NCBI RefSeq assembly: GCF_036321535.1
Contig: NC_087436.1
Location: 2,728,001 to 2,792,000, forward strand
Origin: Camelus dromedarius
Taxonomy: Eukaryota
Direction of reading: 5' to 3'
Length of the DNA: 64,000 nucleotides
The translations under genes were made by a program, and so were the position numbers. Below the pieces are notes generated by a model that did not search any database, was not told where the DNA came from, and was given only the letters and a program-made list of their open reading frames with translations. Positions within the stretch are counted from its first letter, which is position 1; each line of letters begins with the position of its first letter. Positions 1 through 13,700 of the stretch are shown one piece after another.

Positions 1-3000
1 CGCTTATCTCTCAAAACTGAGCATGTGGAGAGACTTTCGTTCATCTAGCACAAAGGGAACGGGTTGCAGGAGAAACTATTTCTCTGGTTTCTCAGTCTGT
101 TTCCTAGTGCCGGATTGAAGTTCCTGCCGTTTTCACTGTAAAACCGAGTTGGAACTAGTACCTCCCCATATATATGTATGGAGAGGAGTTTGCAACTGAA
201 AAGAAACTTTGTGTTCCCAACAAGCTAGGTGAAGGACGGCTTTCACACACACTTATCTCTCAGAACTGAGCATGTGGAGAGACGTTCGTTCATCTAGCAC
301 AAAGGGGACGGGTTGCAGGGGAAACTTTTACTCATTTTTCTCAGAGTGTTTCCTAGTGCCGGTTTGAAGTTCCTGCAGTTTTCACTGTAAAACCGAGTTG
401 GAGCTAGTACCTCCCCATAAATATGTATGGAGTGGAGTTTGCAAGTTAAAAGAAACTTTGTGTTCTCAACAAGCTAGTTGAAGGATGGCTTTCACACACA
501 AATATCTCTCAGAACTGATCATGTGGAGAGACGTTCGTTCATCTAGCACAAAGGGAACGGGTTGAAGGAGAAACTTTTTCTCTGGTTTCTCAGTCTGTTT
601 AATGTTTCCGGTTTAAAGTTCCTGCAGTTTTCACTGTAAAAAGAGTTGGAGCTAGTACCTCCCCATATATATGTAAGGAGTAGAGTTTGCAACTTAAAGG
701 AACTTTGTGTTCCCAAGAAGCTAGGTGAAGGACGGCTTTAACACACACTTATCTCTCAGAACTGAGCATGTGGAGAGACTTTCGTTCATCTAGAACAATG
801 GGAACATGTTGCAGGAGAAACTTTTATTCTGGTTTCTCAGTCTGTTTCCTAGTGCCGGTTTGAAGTTCCTGCAGTTTTCACTGTAATAACGAGTTGCAGA
901 TAGTACCTCCCCATATATATGTATGGAGTGGAGTTTGCAACTGAAAAGAATCTTTGTGTTCCCAACAAGCTAGTTAAAGGACGGCTTTCACACACACTTA
1001 TCTCTCAGAACTGAGCATGTGGAGAGACGTTTGTTCATCTAGCACAAAGGGAACGGGTTGCAGGATAAACTTTTACTCTGGTTTCTCAGTCTGTTTCCTA
1101 GTGCCGGTTTGAAGTTCCTGCAGTTTTCACTGTAAAAGCGAGTTGGGGCTAGTACCTCCCCATATATATGTATGGAGTGGAGTTTGCAACTGAAAAGAAA
1201 CTTTGTGTTCCCAAAAATCTAGGTGAAGGACGGCTTTCACACACTCTTATCTCTCAGAACTGAGGATGTGGAGAGAAGTTCGTTCATCTAGCAAAAAGGG
1301 AACGGGTTGCAGGAGAAACTTTACTCTGGTTTCTCAGTCTGTTTCCTAGTGCCGGTTAGAAGTTCCTGCAGTTTTCACTGTAAAATCGAGTTGGAGCTAG
1401 AAACTCCCCATATATATGTATGGAGTGGAGTTTGCAACTGAAAAGAAACTTTGTGTTCCCAACAAGCTAGCTGAAGGACGGCTTTCACACACACTTATCT
1501 CTCAGAACTGAGCATGTGGAGAGACTTTCGTTCATCTAGCACAAAGGGAACGGGTTGAAGGAGAAACTTTTCCTCTGGTTTCTCAGTCTGTTTAACGTTG
1601 CCGGTTTAAAGTTCCTGCAGTTTTCACTGTAAAACCGAGTTGGAGCTACTACCTCCCCATATATATGTAAGGAGTGGAGTTTGAAACTGAAAGGAACTTT
1701 GTGTTCCCAAGAAGCTAGGTGAAGGACGGCTTTCACACACACTTATCTCTCAGAACTGAGCATGTGGAGAGACTTTCGTTCATCTAGCAGAAAGGGAACG
1801 GGTTGCAGGAGAAACTTTTACTCTGGTTTGTCATTCTGTTTCCTAGTGCCGGTTTGAAGTTCCTGCAGTTTTCACTGTAAAACCGAGTTGGAGCTAGTAC
1901 CTCCCCATATATATGTATGGAGTGGAGTTTGCAACTGAAAAGAAACTTTGTGTTCCCAAAAATCTAGGTGAAGGACGGCTTTCACACACACTTATATCTC
2001 AGAACTGAGCATGTGGAGAGACATTCGTTCATCTAGCACAATGGGAACGGGGTGCAGTAGAAACTTTTAATCATTTTTCTCAGTCTGTTTCCTAGTGCTG
2101 GATTGAAGTTCCTGCAGTTTTCACTGTAAAGCATAGTTGGAGCTAGTACCTCCCCATATAAATGTATGGAGTGGAATTTGCAAATGAAAAGAAAGTTTGT
2201 GTTCCCATCAAGCTAGGTGAAGGACGGCTTTCACACACAATTATCTCTCAGAACTGAGCATGTGGTGAGACGTTCGTTCATCTAGCACAAAGGGAACGGG
2301 TTGAAGGAGAAATTTTTCTCTGGTTTCTCAGTCTGTTTAATGTTGCCGGTTTAAAGTTCCTGCAGTTTTCACTGTAAAACCGAGTTGGAGCTACTACCTC
2401 CCCATATATATGTATAGAGTGGAGTTTGCAACTGAAAGGAACTTTGTGTTCCCAAGAAGCTAGGTGAAGGACGGCTTTCACACACACATATCTCTCAGAA
2501 CTGAGCATGGGGAGAGACGTTCGTTCATCTAGCACAAAGGGAACGGATTGCAGGAGAAACTTTTACTCTGGTTTCTCAGTCTGTTTCCTAGTACCGGTTT
2601 GAAGTTCCTTCAGTTTTCACTGTAAAACCGAGTTGGGGCTAGTACCTCCCCATATATATGTATGGAGTGGAGTTTGAAACTGAAAAGAAACTTTGTGTTC
2701 CCAACAAGATAGGTGAAGTACGGCTTTCACACTCAATTATCTCTAAGAACTGAGCATGTGGAGAGACGTTCATTCATCTAGCACAAAGCTAACGGGTTGC
2801 AGGGGAAACTATTACTCATTTTTCTCAGTCTGTTTCCAAGTGCTGGTTTGAAGTTCCTGCAGTTTTCACTATAAAACCGAGTTGGAGCTAGTACCTCCCT
2901 ATATATATGTATGGAGTGGAATTTGCAAATGAAAAGAAACTTTGTGTTCCCAACAAGCTAGGTGAAGGACGGCTTTCACACACACTTTTCTCTCAGAACT

Positions 3001-6000
3001 GAGCATGTGGAGAGACGTTCGTTCATCTAGCACAAAGGGAACGGGATGCAAGAGAAACTTTTACTCTGGATTCTCAGTTTGTTTCCTGGTGCCGGTTTGA
3101 AGTTCCTGCAGTTTTCACTGTAAAACCGATTTGGAGCTAGAAAATCCCCATATATATGTATGGAGTGGAGTTTGCACCTGAAAATAAACTTTGTGTTCCC
3201 AACAAGCTATGTGAAGGACGGCTTTCACACACAATTATCTCTCAGAACTGAGCATGTGGAGAGACGTTCGTTCATCTAGCACAAAGGGAACGGGTTGCAG
3301 GAGAAACTTTTACTCTGTTTTCTCAGTCTGTTTCCTAGTGCCGGTTTGAAGTTCCTGCAGTTTTCACTGTAAAACCGAGTTGGGGCTTGTACCTCCCCAT
3401 ATATTTGTATGGAGTGGAGTTTGCAACTGAAAAGAAACTTTGTGTTTCCAACAAGATAGGTGAAGTACGGCTTTCACACACACTTAACTCTCAGAACTGA
3501 GCATGTGAAGAGACTTTCGTTCATCTAGCACAAAGGGAACGGGTTGAAGGAGAAACTTTTCCTCTGGTTTCTCAGTCTGTTTAAAGTTGCCGGTTTAAAG
3601 TTCCTGCAGTTTTCACTGTAAAACCGAGTGGAGCTTCTACCTCCCCATATATATGTATGGAGTGGAGTTTGCAACTGAAAGGAACATTGTCTTCCCAAGA
3701 AGCTACGTGAAGGACGGCTTTCACACACACTTATCTCTCAGAACTGAGCATGTGGAGAGACCTTCGTTCATCTAACACAAAGGGAACGGGTTGCAGGAGA
3801 AACTCTTACTCTGGTTTCTCAGTATGTTTCCTAGTGCCGGTTTGAAGTTCCTGCAGTTTTCACTGTAAAACCGAGTTGGAGCTAGTACCTCCCCATATAT
3901 ATGTATGGAGTGGAGTTTGCAACTGAAAAGAAACTTTGTGTTCCCAAAAAGCTAGGTGAAGGACGGCTTTCACACACACTTATCTTTCAGAACTGAGCAT
4001 GTGGAGAGACTTTCGTTCATCTAGCACAAAGGGAACGGGTTGAAGGAGAAACTTTTCCTCTGGATTCTCAGTCTGTTTAAAGTTGCCGGTTTAAAGTTCC
4101 TGCAATTTTCACTGTAAAACCGAGTTGGAGCTTCTACCTCCCCATATATATGTATGGAGTGGAGTTTGCAACTGAAAGGAACATTGTCTTCCCAAGAAGC
4201 TACGTGAAGGACGGCTTTCACACACACTTATCTCTCAGAACTGAGCATGTGGAGAGACGTTCGTTCATCTAGCACAAAGGGAACGGTTTGCAGGGGAAAC
4301 TATTTCTCTGGTTTCTCAGTCTGTTTCCTAGTGATGGTTTGAAGTTCCTGCAATTTTCACTGTAAAACCGAGTTGGAGCTAGTACCTCCCCATTTATATG
4401 TATGGACTGGAGTTTGCAACTGAAAAGAATCTTTGTGTTCCCAAAAAGCTAGGTGAAGGACGGCTTTCACACACACTTATCTCTCAGAACTGAGCATGTG
4501 GAGAGACGTTCGTTCATCTAGCACAAAGGGAACGGGTTGCAGGAGAAACTTTTACTCATTATTCTCAGTCGTTTCCTAGTGCCGGTTTGAAGTTACTGCA
4601 GTTTTCACTGTAAAAACGATTTGGAGCTAGTACCTCCCCATAAATATGTATGGAGTGGAGTTTGCAAGTGAAAAGAAACTTTGAGTTCCCAACAAGCTAC
4701 TTGAAGGATGGCTTTCACACACACTTATCTCTCAGAACTGAGCATGTGGAGAGACGTTCGTTCATCTAGCACAAAGGGAACGGGTTGAAGGAGAAACTTT
4801 TTCTCTGGTTTCTCAGTCTGTTTAATGTTTCCGGTTTAAAGTTCCTGCAGTTTTCACTGTAAAACCGAGTTGGAGCTAGTACCTCCCCATATATATGTAT
4901 GGAGTGGAGTTTGCAACTGAAAGGAACTTTGTGTTCCCAAGAAGCTAGGTGAAGGACGGCTTTCACACACACTTATCACTCAGAACTGAGCATGTGGAGT
5001 GACTTTCGTTCATCTAGCACAATGGGAACATGTTGCAGGAGAAATTTTTACTCTGGTTTCTCAGTCTGTTTCCTAGTGCCGGTTTGAAGTTCCTGCAGTT
5101 TTCACTGTAAAACCGAGTTGCAGATAGTACCTCCCCATATATATGTATGGAGTGGAGTTTGCAACTGAAAATAATCTTTGTGTTCCCAACAAGCAAGGTA
5201 AAGGACGGCTTTCACACACACTTATCCCTCAGAACTGAGCATGTGGAAATACGTTCGTTCATCTAGCACAGAGGGATCGGGTTGCAGGAGAAACTTTTAA
5301 TCATTTTTCTCAGTCTGTTTCCTAGTGCTGGATTGAAGTTCCTGCAGTTTTCACTGTAAAACAGAGTTGGAGCTAGTACCTCCCCATATATATGTATGGA
5401 GTGGAATTTGCAAATGAAAAGAAACTTTGTGTTCCCAACAAGCTAGGTGAAGGACGGCTTTCACACACACTTATCTCTCAGAACTGAGCATTTTGATAGA
5501 CGTTCGTTCATCTAGAACAAAAGGAACGGGTTGTATTAGAAACTTTTACTCTGGTTTCTCAGTCTTTTTCCTAGAGCCGGATTGAAGTTCCTGCAGTTTT
5601 CACTGTAAAACCGAGTTGGAGCTTGTACCTCCCCATATATATGTATGGAGTGGATTTTGCAACTGAAAAGAAACTTTGTGTTCCCAACAAGGTAGGTGAA
5701 GGACGGCTTTCACACACACTTATCTCTCAGAACTGAGCATGTGGAGAGACGTTCGTTCATCTAGCACAAAGGGAACGGGCTGCAGGAGAAACTTTTACTC
5801 ATTTTTCTCAGTCTGTTTCCTAGTGCCGGGTTGAAGTTCTTGCATTTTTCACTGTAAAACCGAGTTGGAGCTATTACCTCCCCATAAATATGTATGGAGT
5901 GGAGTTTGCAAGTGAAAAGAAACTTTGTGTTCCCAACAAGCTAGGTGAAGGACGGCTTTCACAAACACTTATCTCTCAGAACTGAGCATGTGGAGAGACG

Positions 6001-6711
6001 TTCGTTCATCTAGCACAAAGGGAACGGGTTGCAGGAGAAACTTTTACTCTGGTTTCTCAGTCTGTTTCCTGTTGCCGGTTTGAAGTTCCTGCAGTTTTCA
6101 CTGTAAAATAGAGTTGGAGCTAGGAGCTCCCCATATATATGTTTGGAGTGGAGTTTGAAACTGAAAAGAAACTTTGTCTTCCCAACAAGCTACGTGAAGG
6201 ACGGCTTTCACACACACTTATCTCTCAGAACTGAGCATGTTGAGAGACGTTCGTTGATCTAGAACCAAGGGAACGGGTTGCATTAGAAAATTTTACTCTG
6301 GTTTCTCAGTCTGTTTCCTAGTGCCAGTTTGAAGTTCCTGCAGTTTTCACTGTAAAACCGAGTTGGGGCTAGTACCTCCCCATATATATGTATGGATTGG
6401 AATTTGCATCTGAAAAGAAACTTTGTGTCCCAACAAGCTAGGTGAAGGACGGCTTTCACACACACTTATCTCTCAGAACTGAGCATGTTGAGAGACGTTC
6501 GTTCATCTAGCACAAATGGAACGGGTTGCAGGAGAAACTTTTTCTCTGGTTTCTCAGTCTGTTTCCTAGTGCCGGTTTGAAGTACCTGCAATTTTCACTG
6601 TATAACCGAGTTGGAGCTAGTACCTACCCATATATATGTATGGAGTGGAATTTGCAAATGAAAAGAAACTTTGTGTTCCCAACAAGCTAGGTGAAGGACG
6701 GCTTTCACACA

Positions 6712-7780
6712 CGCTTATCTCTCAAAACTGAGCATGTGGAGAGACTTTCGTTCATCTAGCACAAAGGGAACGGGTTGCAGTGGAAACTATTTCTCTGGTT
6801 TCTCAGTCTGTTTCCTAGTGCCGGATTGAAGTTCCTGCCGTTTTCACTGTAAAACCGAGTTGGAACTAGTACCTCCCCATATATATGTATGGAGAGGAGT
6901 TTGCAACTGAAAAGAAACTTTGTGTTCCCAACAAGCTAGGTGAAGGACGGCTTTCACACACACTTATCTCTCAGAACTGAGCATGTGGAGAGACGTTCGT
7001 TCATCTAGCACAAAGGGGACGGGTTGCAGGGGAAACTTTTACTCATTTTTCTCAGAGTGTTTCCTAGTGCCGGTTTGAAGTTCCTGCAGTTTTCACTGTA
7101 AAACCGAGTTGGAGCTAGTACCTCCCCATAAATATGTATGGAGTGGAGTTTGCAAGTTAAAAGAAACTTTGTGTTCTCAACAAGCTAGTTGAAGGATGGC
7201 TTTCACACACAAATATCTCTCAGAACTGATCATGTGGAGAGACGTTCGTTCATCTAGCACAAAGGGAACGGGTTGAAGGAGAAACTTTTTCTCTGGTTTC
7301 TCAGTCTGTTTAATGTTTCCGGTTTAAAGTTCCTGCAGTTTTCACTGTAAAAAGAGTTGGAGCTAGTACCTCCCCATATATATGTAAGGAGTAGAGTTTG
7401 CAACTTAAAAGAACTTTGTGTTCCCAAGAAGCTAGGTGAAGGACGGCTTTAACACACACTTATCTCTCAGAACTGAGCATGTGGAGAGACTTTCGTTCAT
7501 CTAGAACAATGGGAACATGTTGCAGGAGAAACTTTTATTCTGGTTTCTCAGTCTGTTTCCTAGTGCCGGTTTGAAGTTCCTGCAGTTTTCACTGTAATAA
7601 CGAGTTGCAGATAGTACCTCCCCATATATATGTATGGAGTGGAGTTTGCAACTGAAAAGAATCTTTGTGTTCCCAACAAGCTAGTTAAAGGACGGCTTTC
7701 ACACACACTTATCTCTCAGAACTGAGCATGTGGAGAGACGTTTGTTCATCTAGCACAAAGGGAACGGGTTGCAGGATAAA
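6712..7780. repeat. Near-identical copy of 1..~1070 (offset 6711 bp = 27 monomers)
   Basis: Shared rare variants in the same order: cgcttatctctcaaaac, cctgccgttt, aaaggggacg, tcagagtgtt, gtaaggagtagag, ctgtaataacgagttgcaga, tagttaaagg. Confidence 0.9.
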
Positions 7781-10700
7781 CATTTACTCTGGTTTCTCAG
7801 TCTGTTTCCTAGTGCTGGTTTGAAGTTCCTGCAGTTTTCACTGTAAATCCGAGTTGGGGCTAGTACCTCCCCATATATATGTATGGAGTGGAGTTTGCAA
7901 CTGAAAAGAAACTTTGTGTTCCCAAAAAGCTAGGTGAAGGACGGCATTCACACACACTTATCTCTCAGAACTGAGCATGTGGAGAGAAGTTCGTTCATCT
8001 AGCAAAAAGGGAACGGGTTGCAGGAAAAACTTTTACTCTGGTTTCTCAGTCTGTTTCCTAGTGCCGGTTTGAAGTTACTGCAGTTTTCACTGTAAAACCG
8101 AGTTGGAGTAAGAAAATCCCCATATATATGTATGGAGTGGTGTTTGGAACTGAAAAGAAACTTTGTGTTCCCAACAAGCTAGGTGAAGGACGGCTTTCAC
8201 ACACACTTATCTCTCAGAACTGAGCATGTGGAGAGACGTTCGTTCATCTAGCACAAAGGGAACGGGTTGCAGGAGAAACATTTACTCTGGTTTCTCAGTC
8301 TGTTTCCTAGTGCCGGTTTGAAGTTCCTGCAATATTCACTGTAAAATCGAGTTGGAGCTTGTACATCCCCATATATATGTATGGAGTGGAGTTTGCAAGT
8401 GAATTGAAACTTTGAGTTCCCAACAAGCTAGGTGAAGTATGGCTTTCACACACACTTATCTCTCAGAACTGAGCATGTGGAGAGACGTTCGTTCATCTAG
8501 CACAAAGGGAACAGTTTGAAGGGAAATTTTTCTCTGGTTTCTCAATCTGTTTCCTGTTGCCGGTTAAAAGTTCCTGCAGTTTTCACTGTAAAACCGAGTT
8601 GGAGCTAGTACCTCCCCATATAAATGTATGGAGTGGAGTTTGCAACTGAAAGGAACTTTGTGTTCCCAAGAAGCTAGGTGAAGGACGGCTTTCACACACA
8701 CTTATCTCTCAGAGATGAGCATGTGGAGAGACGTTCGTTCATCTAGCACAAAGTTAACGGGTTGCTGGAGCCACTTTTACTCATTTTTCTCAGTCTGTTT
8801 CCTAGTGCCGGTTTGAAGTTCCTGCAGTTTTCACTGTAAAACCGAGTTGGGGCTAGTACCTCCCCATACAAATATATGGATTGGAGTTTGCAACTGAAAA
8901 GAAACTTTGTGTTCTAAACAAGCTAGGTGAAGGACGTCTTTCACACACAATTATCTCTCAGAACTGAGCATGTTGAGAGACATTCGTTCATCTAGAACAA
9001 ATGGAACGGGTTGCATTAGAAACTTTTACTCTGGTTTCTCAGTCTGTTTCCTAGTGCCGGTTTGAAGTTCCTGCAGTATTCACTGTAAAACCGAGTTGGA
9101 GCTAGTACCTACCCAAATATATGTATGGAGTGGAATTTGCAACTGAAAAGAAACTTTGTGTTCCCAACACCTAGGTGAAGGAAGGCTTTCACACACACTT
9201 ATCTCTGAGAACTGAGCATGTGGAGAGACGTTCGTTCATCTAGCACAAAGGGAACGGGTTGCAGGGGAAACTTTTTCTCTGGTTTCTCAGTCTTTTTCCT
9301 AGTGCCGGTTTGAAGTTCCTGCAATTTTCACCGTAAAACCGAGTTGGAGCTAGTACCTACCCATATATATGTATGGAGTGGAGTTTGCAACTGAAAAGAA
9401 TCTTTGTGTTCCCAACAAGCTAGGTGAAGGAAGGCTTTCACACACACTTATCTCTCAGAACTGAGCATGTGGAGAGAAGTTCGTTCATCTAGCACAAATG
9501 GAACGGGTTGCAGGAGAAACTTTTACTCTGGTTTCTCAGTTTGTTTCCTAGTGCCTGTTGGAAGATCCTGCAGTTTTCACTGTAAAACCGAGTTGGAGCT
9601 AGAAACTCCCCATATATATGTATGGAGTGGTGTTAGGAACTGAAAAGAAACTTTGTGTTCCCAACAAGCTAGGTGAAGGACGGCTTTCACACACACTTAT
9701 CTCTCATAACTGAGCATGTGGAGAGACGTTCGTTCATCTAGCACAAAGGGAACGGGTTGCAGGAGAAACATTTACTCTGGTTTCTCAGTCTGTTTCCTAG
9801 TGCCGGTTTGAAGTTCCTGCAGTATTCACTGTAAAATCGAGTTGGAGCTAGTACATCCCCATATATATGTATGGAGTGGAGTTTGCAAGTGAATTGAAAC
9901 TTTAGGTTCCCAACAAGCTAGGTGAAGTATGGCTTTCACACACACTTATCTCTCAGAACTTAGCATGTGGAGAGACGTTCGTTCATCTAGCACAAAGGGA
10001 ACAGGTTGAAGGGAAATTTTTCTCTGGTTTCTCAAACTGTTTCCTGTTGCCAGTTAAAAGTTCCTGCAGTTTTCACTGTAAAACCGAGTTGGAGCTAGTA
10101 CCTCCCCATATAAATGTATGGAGTGGAGTTTGCAACTGAAAGGAACTTTGTGTTCCCAAGAAGCTAGGTGAAGGACGGCTTTCACCCACACTTATCTCTC
10201 AGAAATGAGCATGTGGAGAGACGTTCGTTCATCTAGCACAGAGGGAACGGGTTGTAGGAGAAACTTTTTCTCTGGTTTCTCAATCTGTTACCTATTGAAG
10301 GTCTGAAGTTCCTGCAATTTTCACTGTAAAACCGAGTTGGAGCTAGTACCTCCCCATATATATGTATGGAGAGGAGTTTGCAACTGAAAAGAAACTTTGT
10401 GTTCCCAACAAGCTAGGTGAAGGACGGCTTTCACACACACTTATCTCTCAGAACTGAGTTTGTGGAAAGACGTTCGTTCATCTAGCACAAAAAGAAAGGG
10501 TTGCAGGAGAAAATTTTTCTCTGGTTTCTCAGTCTGTTTCCTAGTGACGGTTTGAAGATCCTGCAGTTTTCACTGTAAAATCGAGTTGGGGCTAGTACCA
10601 CCCCATATATATGTATGGAGTTGAATTTGCAACTGAAAAGGAACTTTGTGTTCCCAACAAGCTAGGTGAAGGACGGCTTTCACACACACTTATCTCTCAG

Positions 10701-13700
10701 AACTGAGCATGTTGAGACACGTTCGTTCATCTAGAACAAAGGGAACGGGTTGCATTAGAAACTTTTACTCTGTTTTCTCAGTCTGTTTAGTAGTGCCGGT
10801 TTGAAGTTCCTGCAGTTTTCACTGTAAAACCGAGTTGGAGCTTGTACCTCCCCATATATATGTATGGAGTGGAGTTTGCAACTGAAAAGAAACTTTGTGT
10901 TCCCAACAAACTAGGTGAAGGACGGCTTTCACACACACTTATCTCTCAGAACTGAGCATGTGGAGAGACGTTCGTTCATCTAGCACAAAGTTAACGGGTT
11001 GCAGGAGCAACTTTTAGTCATTTTTCTGTCTGTTTCCTAGTGCCGGTTTGAAGTTCCTGCAGTTTTCACTGTAAAACCGAGTTGGGGCTAGTACCTCCCC
11101 ATACATATGTATGGATTGGAGTTTGCAACTGAAAAGAAACTTTGTGTTCTAAACAAGCTAGGTGAAGGACGGCTTTCACACACACTTATCTCTCAGAACT
11201 GAGCATGTGGAGAGAAGTTCGTTCATCTAGCATAAATGGAACGGGTTGCAGGAGAAAATTTTCCCCTGGTTTCTCAGTCTGTTTCCTAGTGCCGGTTTGA
11301 ATTTCCTGCAGTTTTCACTGTAAAACCGGGTTGGAGGAAGAAAATCCCCTTATATATGTATGGAGTGTAGTTTTGAACTGAAAAGAAACTTTGTGTTCCC
11401 AACAAGCTAGGTGAAGGACGGCTTTCACACACACTTATCTCTCAGAACTGAGCATGTGGAGAGAAGTTCGTTCATCTAGCACAAAGGGAACGGATTGCAG
11501 GAGAAACTTTTACTCTGGTTTCTCAGTCTGTTTCCTAGTGCCGGTTTGAAGTTCCTGCAGTTTTCACTGTAAAACCGACTTGGAGCTAGTACCTCCCCAT
11601 ATATATGTATGGAGTGGAATTTTCAACTGAAAAGAAACTTTGTGTTCCCAACACCTAGGTATAGGAAGGCTTTCACACACACTTATCTCTCAGAACTGAG
11701 CATGTGGAGAGACGTTCGTTCATCTAGCACAAAGGGAACGGGTTGCAAAAGAAACTTTTTCTCTGGTTTCTCAGTCTGTTTCCTAGTGCCGGTTTGAAGA
11801 TCCTGCAATTTTCACTGTAAAATCGAGTTGGAGCTAGTACCTACCCATATATATGTATGGAGTGGAGTTTGCAACTGAAAAGAATCTTTGTGTTCCCAAC
11901 AAGCTAGGTGAAGGACGGCTTTCACACACACTTATCTCTCAGAACTGAGCATGTGGAGAGAAGTTCGTTCATCTAGCACAAAGGGAACGGGTTGCAGGAG
12001 AAACTTTTACTCTGGTTTCTCAGTCTGTTTCCTAGTGCCGGTTTGAAGTTCCCGCAGTTTTCACTGTAAAACCGAGTTGGAGCTAGTACCTCCCCATATA
12101 TATGTATGGAGTGGAGTTTGCAACTGAAAAGAAACTTGGTGTTCCCAACAAGCTAGGTGAAGGACGGCTTTCACACACACTTATCTCTCAGAAATGAGCA
12201 TGTGGAGAGACGTTCGTTCATCTAGCACAAAGGGAACGGGTTGCATGATAAACTTTTACTCTGGTTTCTCAGTCTGTTTCCTGTTGCCGGTTTGAAGTTC
12301 CTGCAGTTTTCACTGTAAAACAGAGTTGGAGCTAGGAGCTCCCCATATATATGTTTGGAGTGGAGTTTGCAACTGAAAAGTAACTTTGTGTTCCCAACAA
12401 TCTACGTGAAGGACGGCTTTCACACACACTTATATCTCAGAACTGAGCATGTGGAGAGAAGTTCGTTCATCTAGCACAAAGGGAACGGGTTGCAGGAGAA
12501 ACTTTTACTCTGGTTTCTCAGTCTGTTTCCTAGTGCCTGTATGAAGTTCCTGCATTTTTCACTGTAAAAACAAGTTGGAGCTAGTACCTCCCCTTATATA
12601 TGTATGGAATGGTGTTTGCAACTGAAAAGAATCTTTGTGTTCCCAACAAGCTAGGTGAAGGACGGCTTTCACACACATTTTTCTCTCAGAACTGAGCATG
12701 TGGAGAGACGTTCGTTCATCTAGCACAAAGGGCACGGGTTGCAGGAGAAACTTTTACTCTGGATTCTCAGTCTGTTTCCTAGTGCCGGTTTGAAGTATCT
12801 GCATTTTTCACTGTAAAACCGAGTTGGAGCTCGTACCTACCCATATATATGTATGGAGTGGTGTTTGCAACTGAAAAGAAACTTTGTGTTCCCAACAAGC
12901 TAGGTGAAGGACGGCTTTCACACACACTTATCTCTCAGAACTGAGCATGTGGTGAGACGTTCGTTCATCTTGCACAAAGGGAACGGGTTGCAGGAGAAAC
13001 TTTTACTGATTTTTCTCAGTCTGTTTCCTAGTGCCGGTTTCAAGTTCCTGCAGTTTTCACTGTAAAACCGAGTTGGAGCTAGTACCTCCCCATATATATG
13101 TATGGAGTTTGGTTTGCAACTGAAAAGAATCTTTGTGTTCCCAACAAGCTATTTAAAGTATGGTTTTAAAACACACTTATCCCTCAGAACTGAGCTTGTG
13201 GAGAGACGTTCGTTCATCTAGCAGAAAGGGAAAGGGTTGCAGGAGAAACTTTTTCTCTGGTTTCTCAGTCTGTTTCCTAGTGCCGGTTTGAAGATCCTGC
13301 AGTTTTCACTGTAAAATCGAGTTGGGGCTAGTACCTCCCAATATATATGTATGGAGTTGAGTTTGCAACTGAAAAGTAACTTTGTATTCCCAACAAGCTA
13401 GGTGAAGGACGGATTTCACACACACTTATCTCTCAGAACTGAGCATGTTGAGAGACGTTCGTTCATCTAGAACAATGGGAACGAGTTGCATTAGAAACTT
13501 TTACTGTGGTTTCTCAGTCTGTTTAGTAGTGCCGGTTTGAAGTTCCTGCAGTTTTCACTGTAAAACTGAGTTGGAGCTAGTACCTCCCCATATATATGTA
13601 TGGAGTGGAGTTTGCAACTGAAAAGAAACTTTGTGTTCCCAACAAGCTAGGTGAAGGACGGCTTTAACACACACTTATCTCTGAGAACTGAGCATGTGGA

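Noticed and set aside
1..251. Primate alpha-satellite identity, suggested by short words such as TCTCAGAA and GCAGTTTT
   Set aside because: The period is ~249 bp, not 171 or ~340 bp, and I see no colinear similarity beyond short words.
11962..11992. CENP-B box-like halves (TTCGTT ... GGAACGGG) in each monomer
   Set aside because: The canonical nTTCGnnnnAnnCGGGn needs 7 nt between TTCG and CGGG. Here there are 20 nt and the conserved A is not in place, so it is not a valid box.
12095..12104. TATATA as a TATA-box promoter; CACACACA as a microsatellite
   Set aside because: Both are fixed short parts of the monomer, with no downstream gene and little length variation.
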